The position numbers and the translations under genes are program-made. Shown here piece after piece: positions 19,300 to 31,187 of a stretch of 64,000 nucleotides of DNA. Where the stretch lies: IMG/VR virus record IMGVR_UViG_3300005827_000008; one strand, given 5' to 3'. How positions within the stretch are numbered: the first letter of the stretch is position 1; each line of letters begins with the position of its first letter. The notes beneath the pieces are model-generated. The model worked only from the letters and a program-made list of their open reading frames with translations. It was not told the DNA's origin and searched no databases. This DNA is from an uncultured virus (IMG/VR IMGVR_UViG_3300005827_000008) (Duplodnaviria; Heunggongvirae; Uroviricota; Caudoviricetes).

Positions 19300-20385
19300 A
19301 TGTCAGAAACATCAGAACTTTCATTTACAGAGCGTATCCAACAGGAATTAAACGCAAAAAACCAAGCCCCTGAGACTATTGTTCCGGCTGTTCCGGTAGA
19401 GCCAGTGGCACCAGCGGCTCCCGCAACCCCGGCAGAACCAGCCGCCCCTGTAACTCCGGTAGCACCCGTAGAATCAGCGGCACCAGTAGCACCTGCCGAA
19501 CCCGCAAAAAAACCAGATTTTCTTGCCGTACTGAAAAACCCAGAATTAGCACAGGAAGACCCGGCTGAAAAGGCGTTCAGGGAAAAGTTTGAAAAACAGT
19601 ATGAGCAAGACCTAAAGCTTGCACAACTTGTTAAGACAGACAAGTTTGCTTCTGATTATGCAAAATACAAAAACGACCCCGATTTTGACCCACGCAAATT
19701 CTTTACTGTAAATACCACTGATTATTCTAGCTATTCTCCTGCTCAAATGTACATTGAAAGCCTTAAAAATAAAGGAATTACGTTTCAGGGTGAAGATTTG
19801 GAGAAGGAAGTCGAAGGCTTTGAACAAAAACTTTCCACTATGCTTTCTGGAGAAAAGAAAGCCTACATAAACGGGCTTAAAGAATCCATGCCAAAACCGG
19901 AAGACCCAATGGCAAGGTGGAATGACTTTGTAACCGAAAAAGAAAAACGGGATGCAGCCTACATCGCTGAAATGGATAACACCGCAAAAGAACTATCAAC
20001 TTACGCTACCACTATTGCAGGGGTTCAATTTGGCGGGGTTGAAATCAGTTCAGAAAAAGTAAGAAACATTTTATCCGAAACTTACGAAGAATGGAACTCA
20101 GGCTATTATAACCCAAAGGCAAAAGAAATCCTGACTGACCGCGTATTGGCTGCTCACATTAAAGAAAACTGGACACAGATTGTGTCCAACATCAAAACTG
20201 ACGCTGAGATTGAATTTTTAGCCAAGCGCACCAACGCAACACCGGGAGCATCAACTACCGCTCCTAGCCAATCGGGCTTAACAGAAGCACAGCAAGCTCA
20301 AATTAATATAATAAAAGGGATTCACCACGGTAATCCTGAACGTATAGAAATGGAACTTAAAAAAGCCGGACTACCAATAAACTAA
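19300..20385 (+). CDS. Capsid scaffold-like protein
   Basis: Acidic, with P/A/V-rich N-terminal repeats; directly upstream of the capsid gene. Confidence 0.55.
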   Translation: MSETSELSFTERIQQELNAKNQAPETIVPAVPVEPVAPAAPATPAEPAAPVTPVAPVESAAPVAPAEPAKKPDFLAVLKNPELAQEDPAEKAFREKFEKQYEQDLKLAQLVKTDKFASDYAKYKNDPDFDPRKFFTVNTTDYSSYSPAQMYIESLKNKGITFQGEDLEKEVEGFEQKLSTMLSGEKKAYINGLKESMPKPEDPMARWNDFVTEKEKRDAAYIAEMDNTAKELSTYATTIAGVQFGGVEISSEKVRNILSETYEEWNSGYYNPKAKEILTDRVLAAHIKENWTQIVSNIKTDAEIEFLAKRTNATPGASTTAPSQSGLTEAQQAQINIIKGIHHGNPERIEMELKKAGLPIN

Positions 20386-20397
20386 TACACATAAGAT

Positions 20398-21711
20398 ATG
20401 TCAACCACAACACCATCAGGATTGTTACCCGGCCCTAGCCTATTAAATAGCGCAGGGTTGACCTTTCCGCAGATTTATGAGTACGCTATCGAAAACCTTG
20501 GTAACGACTATGTTTCTGCTGCCTGTAAACTGTATTCTCAGTTGTCTGGAAGCGAAGAACGTAGTGGAAACTTAAAGGTTCAAGTTTACCGCTACGGGAT
20601 TAAATTCCCGTTTGCTTCAATTGCAAAGCGGACTACTTCGGGCACCAACTTGGTGCTTCAATTTGCCCAAGAGTATGACCAATACCGTCCGGGCGATGTT
20701 TTACGTGCAAAAAGTGAAGCACAGGGAACTGTAATTGCCGTAGGAACCGGACAGGTAACTATTGCTCCTTACGGACAAACTTCTTTTGCATCAACAGACT
20801 TTGTTGAAGAAGAGGTTGCCGGATGGCAGGGTAACTTACAGCCGCAAGATGGCGGTAACTCCGTAAACAGGATTATCAATATGCCAATCCCTTACTACAA
20901 CGTGATTGAGCAACAACGCGAATCCGTTCAGATGGGGATGAACGAAACATGGATAAAAACATTCCTTAACGACCCTTCTGGACAGCCTTACTACCTGAGA
21001 ACTTCACAAAGGGATGCTATGCAGCGTTTGATGTTCTCAATTTGTAAACGCCTGTACACAGGTGTAAGAATTGAGGGCAATGTTAACGAAGCAGGGGGAG
21101 CAATCTGGCAAGTAAAAAACCAGGGTGGTGTTTACAAGCCTTTTTACGACTCTTTATCAGAAACCGAATTGATGGACATGGTAGGGGAGATCAATAAAAA
21201 AGGCGGTATGAGGGATAATGAACTTGCTGCTTTCTGGGGATACGGATATTCTCAAATGTTCGGATTCAACATTGGTAAGCAGTATATCCAAACCGCAGGT
21301 ACAAACAATGTGCTTGGCGGGTCAAAAGTAACTGGCTTGAATATTAACAACTACGCAGTTGGTGGTTACAGGCTTGCGGGAATCAGGGATTGGTTCCTTG
21401 ATGCTCCGGGAATCTTTGCAGAAGAAGGGTTCTCTACCGTAAACGGACAACGCACCCGTTCAAACTCTGCTTTCTATTTTGACCCATCAAAATGCGAAAC
21501 AGACGGAGGACAGATGAAGCCAGTAATGAACTACTACTTCGGAAACGCAGGTATGATGTACTGGAATTGGGGTGGAGGCACTAACGTTGACGGAAGCAAA
21601 AACAGCAACCCATCAAACGGTACACTCATCGGAAACGAAGAGTTTCACTACACAGGTATGTATCAATTGACGCAACCACAACGTCACGGCTATCACTTCT
21701 TAGGTGTTTAA
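20398..21711 (+). CDS. Major capsid protein (probable)
   Basis: 437 aa after the scaffold, with strongly biased codons; size and position fit. Confidence 0.7.
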   Translation: MSTTTPSGLLPGPSLLNSAGLTFPQIYEYAIENLGNDYVSAACKLYSQLSGSEERSGNLKVQVYRYGIKFPFASIAKRTTSGTNLVLQFAQEYDQYRPGDVLRAKSEAQGTVIAVGTGQVTIAPYGQTSFASTDFVEEEVAGWQGNLQPQDGGNSVNRIINMPIPYYNVIEQQRESVQMGMNETWIKTFLNDPSGQPYYLRTSQRDAMQRLMFSICKRLYTGVRIEGNVNEAGGAIWQVKNQGGVYKPFYDSLSETELMDMVGEINKKGGMRDNELAAFWGYGYSQMFGFNIGKQYIQTAGTNNVLGGSKVTGLNINNYAVGGYRLAGIRDWFLDAPGIFAEEGFSTVNGQRTRSNSAFYFDPSKCETDGGQMKPVMNYYFGNAGMMYWNWGGGTNVDGSKNSNPSNGTLIGNEEFHYTGMYQLTQPQRHGYHFLGV

Positions 21712-21732
21712 TCTTTAATTATAGATAAGAAA

Positions 21733-22734
21733 ATGAATTTCCCAATAATCGTATTAAACAGCGTTACCACAAATGGTGGTGACTGTACCGTAGATGCAAG
21801 CGGAAGCATCTTTTTAACCGGACTTGTAAACGGTGTATCAGAAACCGCTATCTTTAGACCGAACTGGATAAAGAGTTTTTCTATCACCGCAGGGGTAGCA
21901 GACACCCCGGCAGTATGGACAAGTAATACCACCGCAACCGCAAGCACTACATACCAGATTCAGCTTTTTGGTATGAATAAGCTGACGAAGCAGCCCGACC
22001 AATGGCTCTCCCCTTCTTACACAAGTGCCGCAAGCACGTCTAAGACGTTAATTAACACCCCTTTTGTAAATTGGATTAACTCGCTGGGTGATGAAGCCCC
22101 TTTTACGGCTGTGCTTACTGCCACCGAATGTGTTATTACCGCAGACACTTCATTCCCAAACTTTAGTGTTGTAAACTTAGGCGCGGGTGCTACCAACTTC
22201 ACCGAAACAACTCCGGGGATAAATGGAAGAGGTGTTGGTGCCAACATTATCGAAGTTGGACAGTTTTCAAGTTCTGATGTTGTTTCTTCTAACGTGTACA
22301 CCACCGTAAACATTGAGTTTACCAAAGAGGTGTTTATCTTTAGCGGACAAAGCACAGGGCAAAACAGTTTGATCGTGTATGTAAACCAAGCCGATGCAGA
22401 TTACACAGCATTGGTAGGTTACGACATCACCAATTTAATTGGGTTCGGCACACTCGCATCAATCCTGTATAACAACCGCAAGGCTACATACAGTGCAGTT
22501 GGGGCAAACGTGGCCGTTGCAACAAATGTGGCAACAAGGGCATCCGGTTCGTTCTTCACAGAGAACATTAAATCCGGGGATATGCTTCTTATCGGCACAA
22601 CTTCTGCCTTAATCAATGTTCCATATACAGATGGGGCAACCGCAGCCAACTTAATCTTTACCAACGCTACGGTGACTGGTTCTGATGTAAGTTCTGCTGC
22701 TGCCAAGTTGATTAAGTTTACCAACCTTCCATAA
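21733..22734 (+). CDS. Auxiliary capsid/decoration protein (probable)
   Basis: T/S/A-rich beta-type protein after the MCP, followed by a terminator. Confidence 0.5.
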   Translation: MNFPIIVLNSVTTNGGDCTVDASGSIFLTGLVNGVSETAIFRPNWIKSFSITAGVADTPAVWTSNTTATASTTYQIQLFGMNKLTKQPDQWLSPSYTSAASTSKTLINTPFVNWINSLGDEAPFTAVLTATECVITADTSFPNFSVVNLGAGATNFTETTPGINGRGVGANIIEVGQFSSSDVVSSNVYTTVNIEFTKEVFIFSGQSTGQNSLIVYVNQADADYTALVGYDITNLIGFGTLASILYNNRKATYSAVGANVAVATNVATRASGSFFTENIKSGDMLLIGTTSALINVPYTDGATAANLIFTNATVTGSDVSSAAAKLIKFTNLP

Positions 22735-22762
22735 GCCGCTTAGTTCTGTTTTCCATAAGTTT

Positions 22763-22793
22763 AGGCTCTCATTTTGGGAGCCTTTTCTTTTTT
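22763..22793 (+). terminator. Intrinsic terminator
   Basis: AGGCTCTC-attTT-GGGAGCCT followed by T-tracts. Confidence 0.7.
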
Positions 22794-22833
22794 AAATAAA
22801 AGTAGTATTTTTGACAAAAAGAAAAACAGAATT

Positions 22834-23946
22834 ATGCGAAGATTCAAATTAGTAACCGTAGCCGAAGAAATTGACGAAAAGGCTATTACGGGTATGTGGT
22901 ACAATCGTATCCCTGCATACGGGAGTATCGGGCCAAAAATGCTATTCATTAACGGGGCTATTCAGAACGGTTCCCCGGCAAATCAGGAAGAGTGGGCTAA
23001 AGTAATGAAGATAAGCCTTAATATTCCAGAAGCCAATGGAAAGACTTTACAGCTTCCAGACGGCAAAACCCACCATTGCTCAAACTTAAAACAGTTATTT
23101 GAGTGTGAGGATTTTGATGTGGATAAGGTTAATATATCCGACTGGAATAATAAGATTGCATCTGCCAGCACCCCGCAAAAGGAAAAAGAAAAGATTATCA
23201 AGCAAGCCACCGTTTATATGCTTCAAAGGCATAGTGAGGTTGACTTTCCGGGAAACAAAAACCTGCAATACCCTTTGTTTAAGCTGATTGACATAACTGC
23301 TTCTGAGCAAAAACAAGTGGATACTGAAATGGCTTATTTGGACGTGGTTGACAAACTTCGCCCAATATTCAAACAAGACCCGCTTGAAATAAAAGACCTT
23401 TGTTATGGATACGGGATGAGGGCTGATATTGAAAAGCACAAATCAGACACAACCGGGAACGGACTTTTTGCCGCTTTGCTATCAGCCGTAAGGCGCAACC
23501 CAAGTGCTTTTGAGGAATATTTTGCCAATCATACGGACAAGGTTATGTTTTACAAAGCAGAGGCTTATGACATTATTGGGAAAGCGGGCAGCAATTACAC
23601 CTTCCAAGATGAACCAATTGGAACTAGCCCGGAAGAGGGTATGGCATGGCTGAAACTAAACCCATTGAGGTATCAGACATTAAAAGATATGGTATTTCAA
23701 AGGGATGGCCGACCAGTTGGCAAAAAAGCGGAAGTTGTACAACCCGACAGCCCCGCACCTGTATCAATTGACAAGGAAGAAATTGTAAAGAAATGCCAGT
23801 TTGCATCCACAGCCAGAAGCGCAGCAAGGTCATTACGCGCCAAATATAACACCCCGGAACTTACGCAACAGTTAGAGGAAACCTTCCAAGAAATTTGTGC
23901 TACTAAGAAATGGAAGTACGATGAAGTCTTCGCACAACAGGCTTAA
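22834..23946 (+). CDS. Virion-module protein of unknown function
   Basis: ATG at 22834 after promoter TATTTTTG (22806-22813). Confidence 0.6.
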   Translation: MRRFKLVTVAEEIDEKAITGMWYNRIPAYGSIGPKMLFINGAIQNGSPANQEEWAKVMKISLNIPEANGKTLQLPDGKTHHCSNLKQLFECEDFDVDKVNISDWNNKIASASTPQKEKEKIIKQATVYMLQRHSEVDFPGNKNLQYPLFKLIDITASEQKQVDTEMAYLDVVDKLRPIFKQDPLEIKDLCYGYGMRADIEKHKSDTTGNGLFAALLSAVRRNPSAFEEYFANHTDKVMFYKAEAYDIIGKAGSNYTFQDEPIGTSPEEGMAWLKLNPLRYQTLKDMVFQRDGRPVGKKAEVVQPDSPAPVSIDKEEIVKKCQFASTARSAARSLRAKYNTPELTQQLEETFQEICATKKWKYDEVFAQQA

Positions 23947-24180
23947 ATGCTTTGATTATCCCATATATTACGGTAAAAAAACAGGATTAAGAGTGGCCGA
24001 AAAAAGGGCAAAAAGGGCTTTATTTTATGCCTTTTTTTCTACCACAAGACAGGAAAAGAAGCAAGAAATTATAGACAGAACCCGAAAATATCTTGAAGAT
24101 TACCCTGATTTGTTCGATAATTGTTATAAATTTGTTGAACAGAGGTTTAATGAGATACAGCGAAACAAATTAGCTAAGAT

Positions 24181-26092
24181 ATGACGGGTTCTGATGTAAA
24201 TTCTGCGTTTGAGTTGTTATGCGATGAAGTGCAAAGCGATTACTTCCCACTTGCGGAGGTGCAGATATTTTGCAACATTGCTTTGCAGAACGTATTTCAA
24301 AAGGCGTTGAACGACTTTCAGATAAATCAAAACGTAACCGACAATCTGAGGGTTTTTATAAAATCAACCACCGTTACAACCCCCGCATCAAACCTTATTG
24401 ACATATCCAGAACAAGTACCGATGTGCCGGGATACGAAATGCTTATTGCGGTGCCGAGAATGGCATTTATTGTAGATGGCGTTACCTATGCACACAGAGC
24501 CACAGAATTAAAGTCACAGGATGAGGGCGCATATTTTGGGCAAGGAACATTATTTGCACCCAAATATCTGATACGTGACAATAAAATGTTATGCAAGCCA
24601 GAGGGCTACCAATGCAGCGAAGCCGTTATTTCGTATATTTCAGAGCCTATACAGATTGACGTTACGGATTCCGTTACAGTCGCCCCGTACCCTGATAAGT
24701 TTATTGATAATCTTATCAGCAATATGGCCGAACTTGCGGGAATACCCAAAAAGTCAACTTTTGATATTCAGGCCAACCAACAACAGCAGAACCTTAACCC
24801 ATGAAAATACTAGGAATAGCAGAAGAAGTTCAGAGGGCTTTTGGTGGGGGCAAATCCCCTGCCGACAATAGGTTCAATGATCTGGATTATGTGTTTCAGA
24901 AGATTGACGAATACAGCGCAAAAGCTATTTCACTGAGTTATACTGGTTCTAAGGCTCTTGGGGCAAACGCGAATATTAACTCTAAGACGTGGCTTGAATT
25001 TCCATTAACGCTTGACCCTGGATTGCAAGAGGAAGGGGCTTGTTATGTGGCCTTCAGATGCCCGGAAATGGTAATGATTAACACCGATAGGACTGGGTTT
25101 AGTTTTGTTGGGGACAAGTTAACTATGAAAGCCTTCTCCGAAATTCAAGACCCATCAACATTTGCCGCATTAGCAACGGTATTTGACGAACTGGACGGTA
25201 TTTATTTTTGTATGTCTAAGGGTATTATGAAGGTATTGGGGGGCAGGGACATAACCCAAGTTTGGGTTATAGGTAGGCCAATCAACCCAATGTCATTAAG
25301 CACCACTTATTACAATCCAGAAACAGACGAATACCCGTTGCCTGATGATTTGATTCCCCTTATGATTTCTCTTTTAAAAGCAGGTGAATTTCAGCAAGAG
25401 GCGGCTACACCCGTTGACAACAAAGTAGATGCAAACCCTAATTTGACTAAATAATGCCATACGGACGGTACTCATACAGCTCCTCAGACGAGATTCTTAC
25501 AAAATGTAAGTTCAGGCTTTTGCTGTCAGGCGTAACTACCCATGATGCAGAACTCAGGCTGAGTATGTCGGCTGCGCTTGGTGAACTTCCGTCTAGGGAC
25601 ATGGTGGAAGAAAAGTGGGTTAGAGATATTCCTATATGCGAAACCCCGCACAAAATGATTGAGTTGCCGTGCGGGTTTGTTAGGTTTAACGAGCCCAATT
25701 GTATTTTGATTAAAGATGCAGCAGGGCATTGTACTTATCCAAGAGTTAGACCCGGCACGGTTCAAGGTGGCAAAAACTGGTGGAGGGGATGCGACATACA
25801 AATAGCAAACGGGTATATAGTTTTCGATTCTGATACCACAGCAGTAACAGTAGATATTTACGCCTTATTTTTAAAGGTAAACGAAAACGGCAAATTGGTT
25901 ATACCTGACAGCCATACAGAGGCCATTATATCTTTTATGCTGTTTCAGTATTATGAAGCAAGGAGCGACAGAAGGGCGCAGGCGCACTATGCTCGTTGGT
26001 GCAGGGGCAGAGCATCCGTTAAATCAAAAACCAACAATCCAAACGTGCCAGAAAATCAGGAAATATTCATTATTCAAACCTCTCTACTTTAA
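24181..26092 (+). CDS. Three tail ring/connector-like genes (24181-24804, 24801-25454, 25454-26092)
   Basis: Three ~210-aa overlapping ORFs with similar C-terminal P-x-P/D..I helices, located between the capsid genes and a large tail gene as in crAss-like order. Confidence 0.55.
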
Positions 26093-29000
26093 TGGACTTC
26101 CCAGAAGCAAGAGGCGTATTTGGAAACATTAACTCCGATTCAAGTCCGGCCAATATCCCTAATGGCGGGGTGTTAGATGCGCATAACACTACTGTTACTT
26201 ACGATGAAAGAAACACGGGAGGCGAACGCAAGCCAATAACCGGGAATACATTTAAGTTTGAGTTAGGCACAGGAACTTTGGCGCAATCAAAGATAGTTCG
26301 GATAATTCCGTCTGCTTTGATTTTGGACGGTCAGCCTCACGATATATCCCTGGATTTTTATAACCGGATAAGCACCACTCCAGCAGCAAGCGGGCAGACA
26401 GGTACATTTACAGGCACCACAATAGCGGCTTTTAAAACCTTTATAGATGGGTTGGTTACGGCATCCACGTTTACATACACATCTGCAATTGGCCCTATAA
26501 TTTGCGTTGATTATACTTTTGCGACAGAAGATTGTATTATAACAACTGACAATCCAGATTATGAAATCACCCTGTATACCGTACAAGAGTTAATAACCTC
26601 AGATGAGGCGGGCGGTGAAATGCACAAAGTAGGCGACAAAAATGTTGGGGCTTACACATACATTTGGTCATGCAACAAAGAAGAGTTACCGTCTAGCGGG
26701 TTTGCTTTGGGTGAAATGGGCAGGGCTACATACGATGAGAATTATGATGTATGGACGTACACAAGGCTAATCCAAAGCAAAGAACTGACCTTTTTAAAAA
26801 CTAGGCCATTTGACGACCCTAAAATTGAGGTCAACTTTAATAAACACCAATGTTACACAACGGACGGCAATATTAGCCCAAAAGCGTTTTATGCTGACAT
26901 TATACCTTCACGGTTCTCGTTAAATGGGGGTGCGACAGTACTTACAGCCGACAATAAAGACGTAGATTTATCCAAAATATTCTACAATGACGGAGCCTGT
27001 AAAATAAATATGTGTGGTGAACAACGCACGATAACAAGCATTAATAATACCACCAAGCAAATAACCGTTACAGCCCCTTTTTCACAGTCTTTTCAGTCTG
27101 CCCTTATTGACATTGAGGATATTTGTTTAGAATACCGATACAATACCGGGTACGGCTTAAATTACGATTACATAGCCCAAGAAACCAATCAGGTTATTGT
27201 TCCCGATGTAATGAAAATAACGGACGCAAATGTGATAGGCGGAGGCCGGGTCATGTCCGGCAATAAAAGGTATATTGTAAGGGGTGTAACAACCGGATTA
27301 GAGGAATATGGTTGGTCGCGGCTAAGTTCAGTGGTAAATGTTTACAGTGAGTTTCCGTCCCCAACAGTAGTTGGCGATGTTACAAGCGTAGAAACTGGAA
27401 AATCGGTAACGCTAAACGTTAGTGGTATTGATACCAGCTTATTCAAGTATATTGATTTGGCCGTTATAAACTACAACAGTGGTTTGCCTTCTGGTGAGAT
27501 ATTAAAGCGGATAGACGTTTCGGCAAGGGAAATTAAGGTTACGCATTTAGGGACAGAAGCAGTGTCCCCATTGGACTTAGATCAAATAACAGACACTTCG
27601 TTATTTATAGCATCAGCACAAACAAACGCAGTAAGCGACAATGGTATCTTATTGGGAAATGTAGAGTTTGCGACACCATCAAACTTTCAGCCTTTTTGTT
27701 TGGCAATAAAACACTATGTCAGAAGGGCTGTATTGCCAGAAACACCCTCCACTATTAAATCAAACGGCACCGCATTTGCGCTGACTTATGGGGAATATCA
27801 AAACCCGCGAAACGTATTCTATGCGGGTTCTGGCATGCTTAACGAACTGTATAGGGTTGGGCTAAGAATAACCGAAACAAGCGGGGTTGTTTCTACGTGG
27901 TGGGTTGACGATATGGTAATTGATGCCAACACCGCAAACATAACGGCAGGTAAAATATGGAACGGAATGGTATTGTCAGATAGGCGACTTGGCGCCATAG
28001 CCAATTATGACCTTACGGACGCAAATTTTAACCCATATTATTTTTACCTAACTCTTGTTCCTGACTGGACAATATTGGTGAACGGAAAGCCAGCCCGCGA
28101 ATCTATAAAAACCATTGAAGTGGTTATGGCGCAAGTTACAATACGCAGTGTTGTGGCCTGTGGAATGGCAATTCCATCCACTAGTTTTTATGCAGACGGG
28201 GTAGCCCTTGCGGCAGGGTTTAGAAGACCTCCATATCTTTATAACAACAAGATAGAGGCTCAGTTAGATAGAAATATTGCGCAATTATACTTTCCAGATG
28301 CCTTGTTGGGGCAAACCGAAATACAGTACGCACCCGGAGATCAGTTGTGGGTTTATGGGCGACAAACCCCGGTTCTTGACGGAGTAACAGGGACGTATCG
28401 CTACCAATTGTATAGCGGGGATTTAAGCACGGGTGGCATAACTGGCATTTCGCAAAAAATAAACATATCGCACCTGCAACCCGTAAACAAGTTTCAGCAA
28501 GTTGTGCTTTCAAATGTGTTTTACCAAAACGCATCAGGCGCATCCGGTGCCACACCGACAGCATGGGCGCACGAAAACGCAATAGGGGTTAAATTTTCCG
28601 GTGGAGCAACGATAAACCACAACGGGGCGGTTTCCGATACCACGCCATTGTACTATGTTCAATACTACAAACCTTTTGCATACAATTCACCTGACGATTG
28701 TAAATACGGGACTGTATATAATACTATATACTATCCAATAGGAACAACTATTATAGACGTAACCGCAAGCACAGGGGATATTGATGTAGTTTTGAATGAC
28801 GTATTTACTCAGTCGTTCCACTTTAAAGAAATGTACCCGATCAAACAAACCGGGGTATATACCACAACCGGAAATGGGGTAGGGTTTACTTTTTATTGCC
28901 AGAATGTCGCTAACACCCAGATGCGGGCTTACGATGCAGATAATACCGGACTAAGATTGTACCCTAATTCGTACAAAATGTTTGCCCCGGACATAGCAGC

Positions 29001-30435
29001 AAGCGTGTGGCTATCTTACAAATGGGTTGACGATACGACTATTATTCAAGATGAGTTTAGTTATGACCCATCTTACACTTACAGAACTTTACTACAACCA
29101 GAAATAGGGCAAAACCCCGAACTGCCAGTACAAGCAAAACAGGAAAATGTTATACTTTATAGCCTGAACAAAGCCAGAAACTCCGTTGCTGATAGTTACA
29201 GATTTATTCCACCTGCAAACCGACATTATTTAGATAGTGTTTATGGTGGGATAACCGACCTATTCGTAAGGCAAAGTGAAGTTTATGCGCTTCAACCGTT
29301 CAATAACCAAAGATTATTCTACAACGAACGAGGGCAGTTGCAAACCAATCCCGACCTTTTGACCGTGGTAGGTTCGGGCGACCCAATGAATCTTGATGGG
29401 CGTTCCATTACCCGGTACGGCTGCATGCACCAAAACTCAGTAATAAAAGGGCTGACAGACAACGGTGACGATGTTTATTGTTACTTTGATGCTGTTAACC
29501 TGACCTTTGTACGTTTTGGCGGGGACGGTATTAATCCAGTATCATTTACAAAAGATTACGCTTTTGACACAGAAAACAAGACCAAGTGGGCTATCCGGCA
29601 CACTAAGAATTACAAGTTTGGCATTACCTCAGTATTTGACATAGCCAGAAGGGAGTACTTAACTTCCGTTCGGGGGCAAAAAATAGTTCCAGATTACACC
29701 CCAATAACCTATACAGTAGGACAGGTAGTTGCATCCACGGTAGCATACGTACCTAATTATTATTCGCTTGACAAAACTCTTTACAAAGCCAAAGTATCGG
29801 GCGCATTGCCACCGCCAAGCGGGACGGCAAATGACCCGAATTGGACGTTTGTAGAATTGTCAGATACCGATTATTTTTCATGGACAACTTTCTGTTATTC
29901 AGAGATTACCAAGGGGCTGAGTTCGTATTACGATTTTGTGCCAAGATCATTTATACAGCACAGCACCTATTTCCTTACCCCAATGCCATTGGAGAACGGG
30001 CAAAATAAAATTTACAGCCACGAAGACGGGTTATTTTGCAGGTGGTGGGAAGATTCCGGGGTTTATTTTCAAGCCGACCCAACAGTAGAAGTTCCGTTTA
30101 TAGGGGGCGACCCGGTGCAAGACAAAAAATGGATTTATATTCAAACTGACAGCACGGTTGCGCCCGACAGGGTAGATTTTACTTTAATAGACAGCACAAA
30201 TAAAACGCATTTAACTGAATCTGAGTTTACTAAGCGTAGAGTTGGCAAATGGACTGCCCCGATAAAACGTGACACCACAGTATCAGTTGACAACCCAAGC
30301 GGGCTAAATTCTTTGTCAACTTCACCGATGAGGTCAAAAGTATTAAAAGTTTTATTTAACTTTGGGGACTCGCAAATAGTAAGGGCTTTGCGGAATATTA
30401 TCATAAATTCAAGAATCTTAGACAAAAAAACCTGA
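26092..30435 (+). CDS. Large tail nozzle/muzzle (stabilisation) protein
   Basis: 1447 aa; begins GNINSDSSP..IPNG..LDAHN and contains DSVYGGIT, YGCMHQNS and YFDAVN, resembling P22 gp10/crAss muzzle-like proteins. Confidence 0.65.
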   Translation: MDFPEARGVFGNINSDSSPANIPNGGVLDAHNTTVTYDERNTGGERKPITGNTFKFELGTGTLAQSKIVRIIPSALILDGQPHDISLDFYNRISTTPAASGQTGTFTGTTIAAFKTFIDGLVTASTFTYTSAIGPIICVDYTFATEDCIITTDNPDYEITLYTVQELITSDEAGGEMHKVGDKNVGAYTYIWSCNKEELPSSGFALGEMGRATYDENYDVWTYTRLIQSKELTFLKTRPFDDPKIEVNFNKHQCYTTDGNISPKAFYADIIPSRFSLNGGATVLTADNKDVDLSKIFYNDGACKINMCGEQRTITSINNTTKQITVTAPFSQSFQSALIDIEDICLEYRYNTGYGLNYDYIAQETNQVIVPDVMKITDANVIGGGRVMSGNKRYIVRGVTTGLEEYGWSRLSSVVNVYSEFPSPTVVGDVTSVETGKSVTLNVSGIDTSLFKYIDLAVINYNSGLPSGEILKRIDVSAREIKVTHLGTEAVSPLDLDQITDTSLFIASAQTNAVSDNGILLGNVEFATPSNFQPFCLAIKHYVRRAVLPETPSTIKSNGTAFALTYGEYQNPRNVFYAGSGMLNELYRVGLRITETSGVVSTWWVDDMVIDANTANITAGKIWNGMVLSDRRLGAIANYDLTDANFNPYYFYLTLVPDWTILVNGKPARESIKTIEVVMAQVTIRSVVACGMAIPSTSFYADGVALAAGFRRPPYLYNNKIEAQLDRNIAQLYFPDALLGQTEIQYAPGDQLWVYGRQTPVLDGVTGTYRYQLYSGDLSTGGITGISQKINISHLQPVNKFQQVVLSNVFYQNASGASGATPTAWAHENAIGVKFSGGATINHNGAVSDTTPLYYVQYYKPFAYNSPDDCKYGTVYNTIYYPIGTTIIDVTASTGDIDVVLNDVFTQSFHFKEMYPIKQTGVYTTTGNGVGFTFYCQNVANTQMRAYDADNTGLRLYPNSYKMFAPDIAASVWLSYKWVDDTTIIQDEFSYDPSYTYRTLLQPEIGQNPELPVQAKQENVILYSLNKARNSVADSYRFIPPANRHYLDSVYGGITDLFVRQSEVYALQPFNNQRLFYNERGQLQTNPDLLTVVGSGDPMNLDGRSITRYGCMHQNSVIKGLTDNGDDVYCYFDAVNLTFVRFGGDGINPVSFTKDYAFDTENKTKWAIRHTKNYKFGITSVFDIARREYLTSVRGQKIVPDYTPITYTVGQVVASTVAYVPNYYSLDKTLYKAKVSGALPPPSGTANDPNWTFVELSDTDYFSWTTFCYSEITKGLSSYYDFVPRSFIQHSTYFLTPMPLENGQNKIYSHEDGLFCRWWEDSGVYFQADPTVEVPFIGGDPVQDKKWIYIQTDSTVAPDRVDFTLIDSTNKTHLTESEFTKRRVGKWTAPIKRDTTVSVDNPSGLNSLSTSPMRSKVLKVLFNFGDSQIVRALRNIIINSRILDKKT

Positions 30436-30472
30436 TAAACTAAGCGGTTGTTTATCAATAATGTAAAATGAA

Positions 30473-31187
30473 ATGAGAAAATTTATTCAAAAAATTGCAC
30501 TTTGGGCGTTAAGGGAAACAAATTACCAGTTCAAGTTTGAGTGCGATGAAATTAAAATAGAGGTTCAGCCAGTTGGAGCAGACGGAATGGGTGGATTGCC
30601 AAGTCGTTATGATTTTATTCTTAAGGGCAAGGATAAAGCCCCCGTATTCATGAACAGTATTAGCATGGTGAGGTATTTTAGCGAAAAGGATATATTTGAT
30701 TGCCCGAATCCGAAAACGAAAGGAGTCAGATTCAGCGATGAGAACCAAGTGGAGAACTTGGAAAAACAATACAACAACCTAGTAGATGCGGTTAAGAATA
30801 ACATAACATTCATTATACCATAAACAAAAAATGGAAATACTAACAGCATTGTATCGCAGAGGGAAAGCCCCAAAATCGGGCGCAACCGCACTAACAAGCA
30901 ACAGCCCGATCAATCTTCCGCTTGCTGATTTAAAATTCATATTATTCCACAGAGAAACACAGGCAGAAATACAAATGCCAGTGTTGTCAATTTGCGAAGA
31001 ATACAGCACGGTATCATTTAGTGCCGTTGATGGCGACAAGTTTGATGGCATATCAGGATTGCCCACCATTAACCCGGACGATAGTGCCGATGAATACGAT
31101 GTTTATGTTGAAATAAACGGGGTGAGGTATTTATATGACGGAATATTTTACTCTGATTATAAAGAGGTTCGTAGGCATCGGGCATAA
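30473..31187 (+). CDS. Two accessory hypothetical genes (30473-30823, 30831-31187)
   Basis: Interrupt the structural operon upstream of the cassette pair. Confidence 0.6.

Noticed and set aside
19375..19506. GC-rich repeats in the scaffold gene
   Set aside because: Explained by the P/A/V low-complexity protein linker
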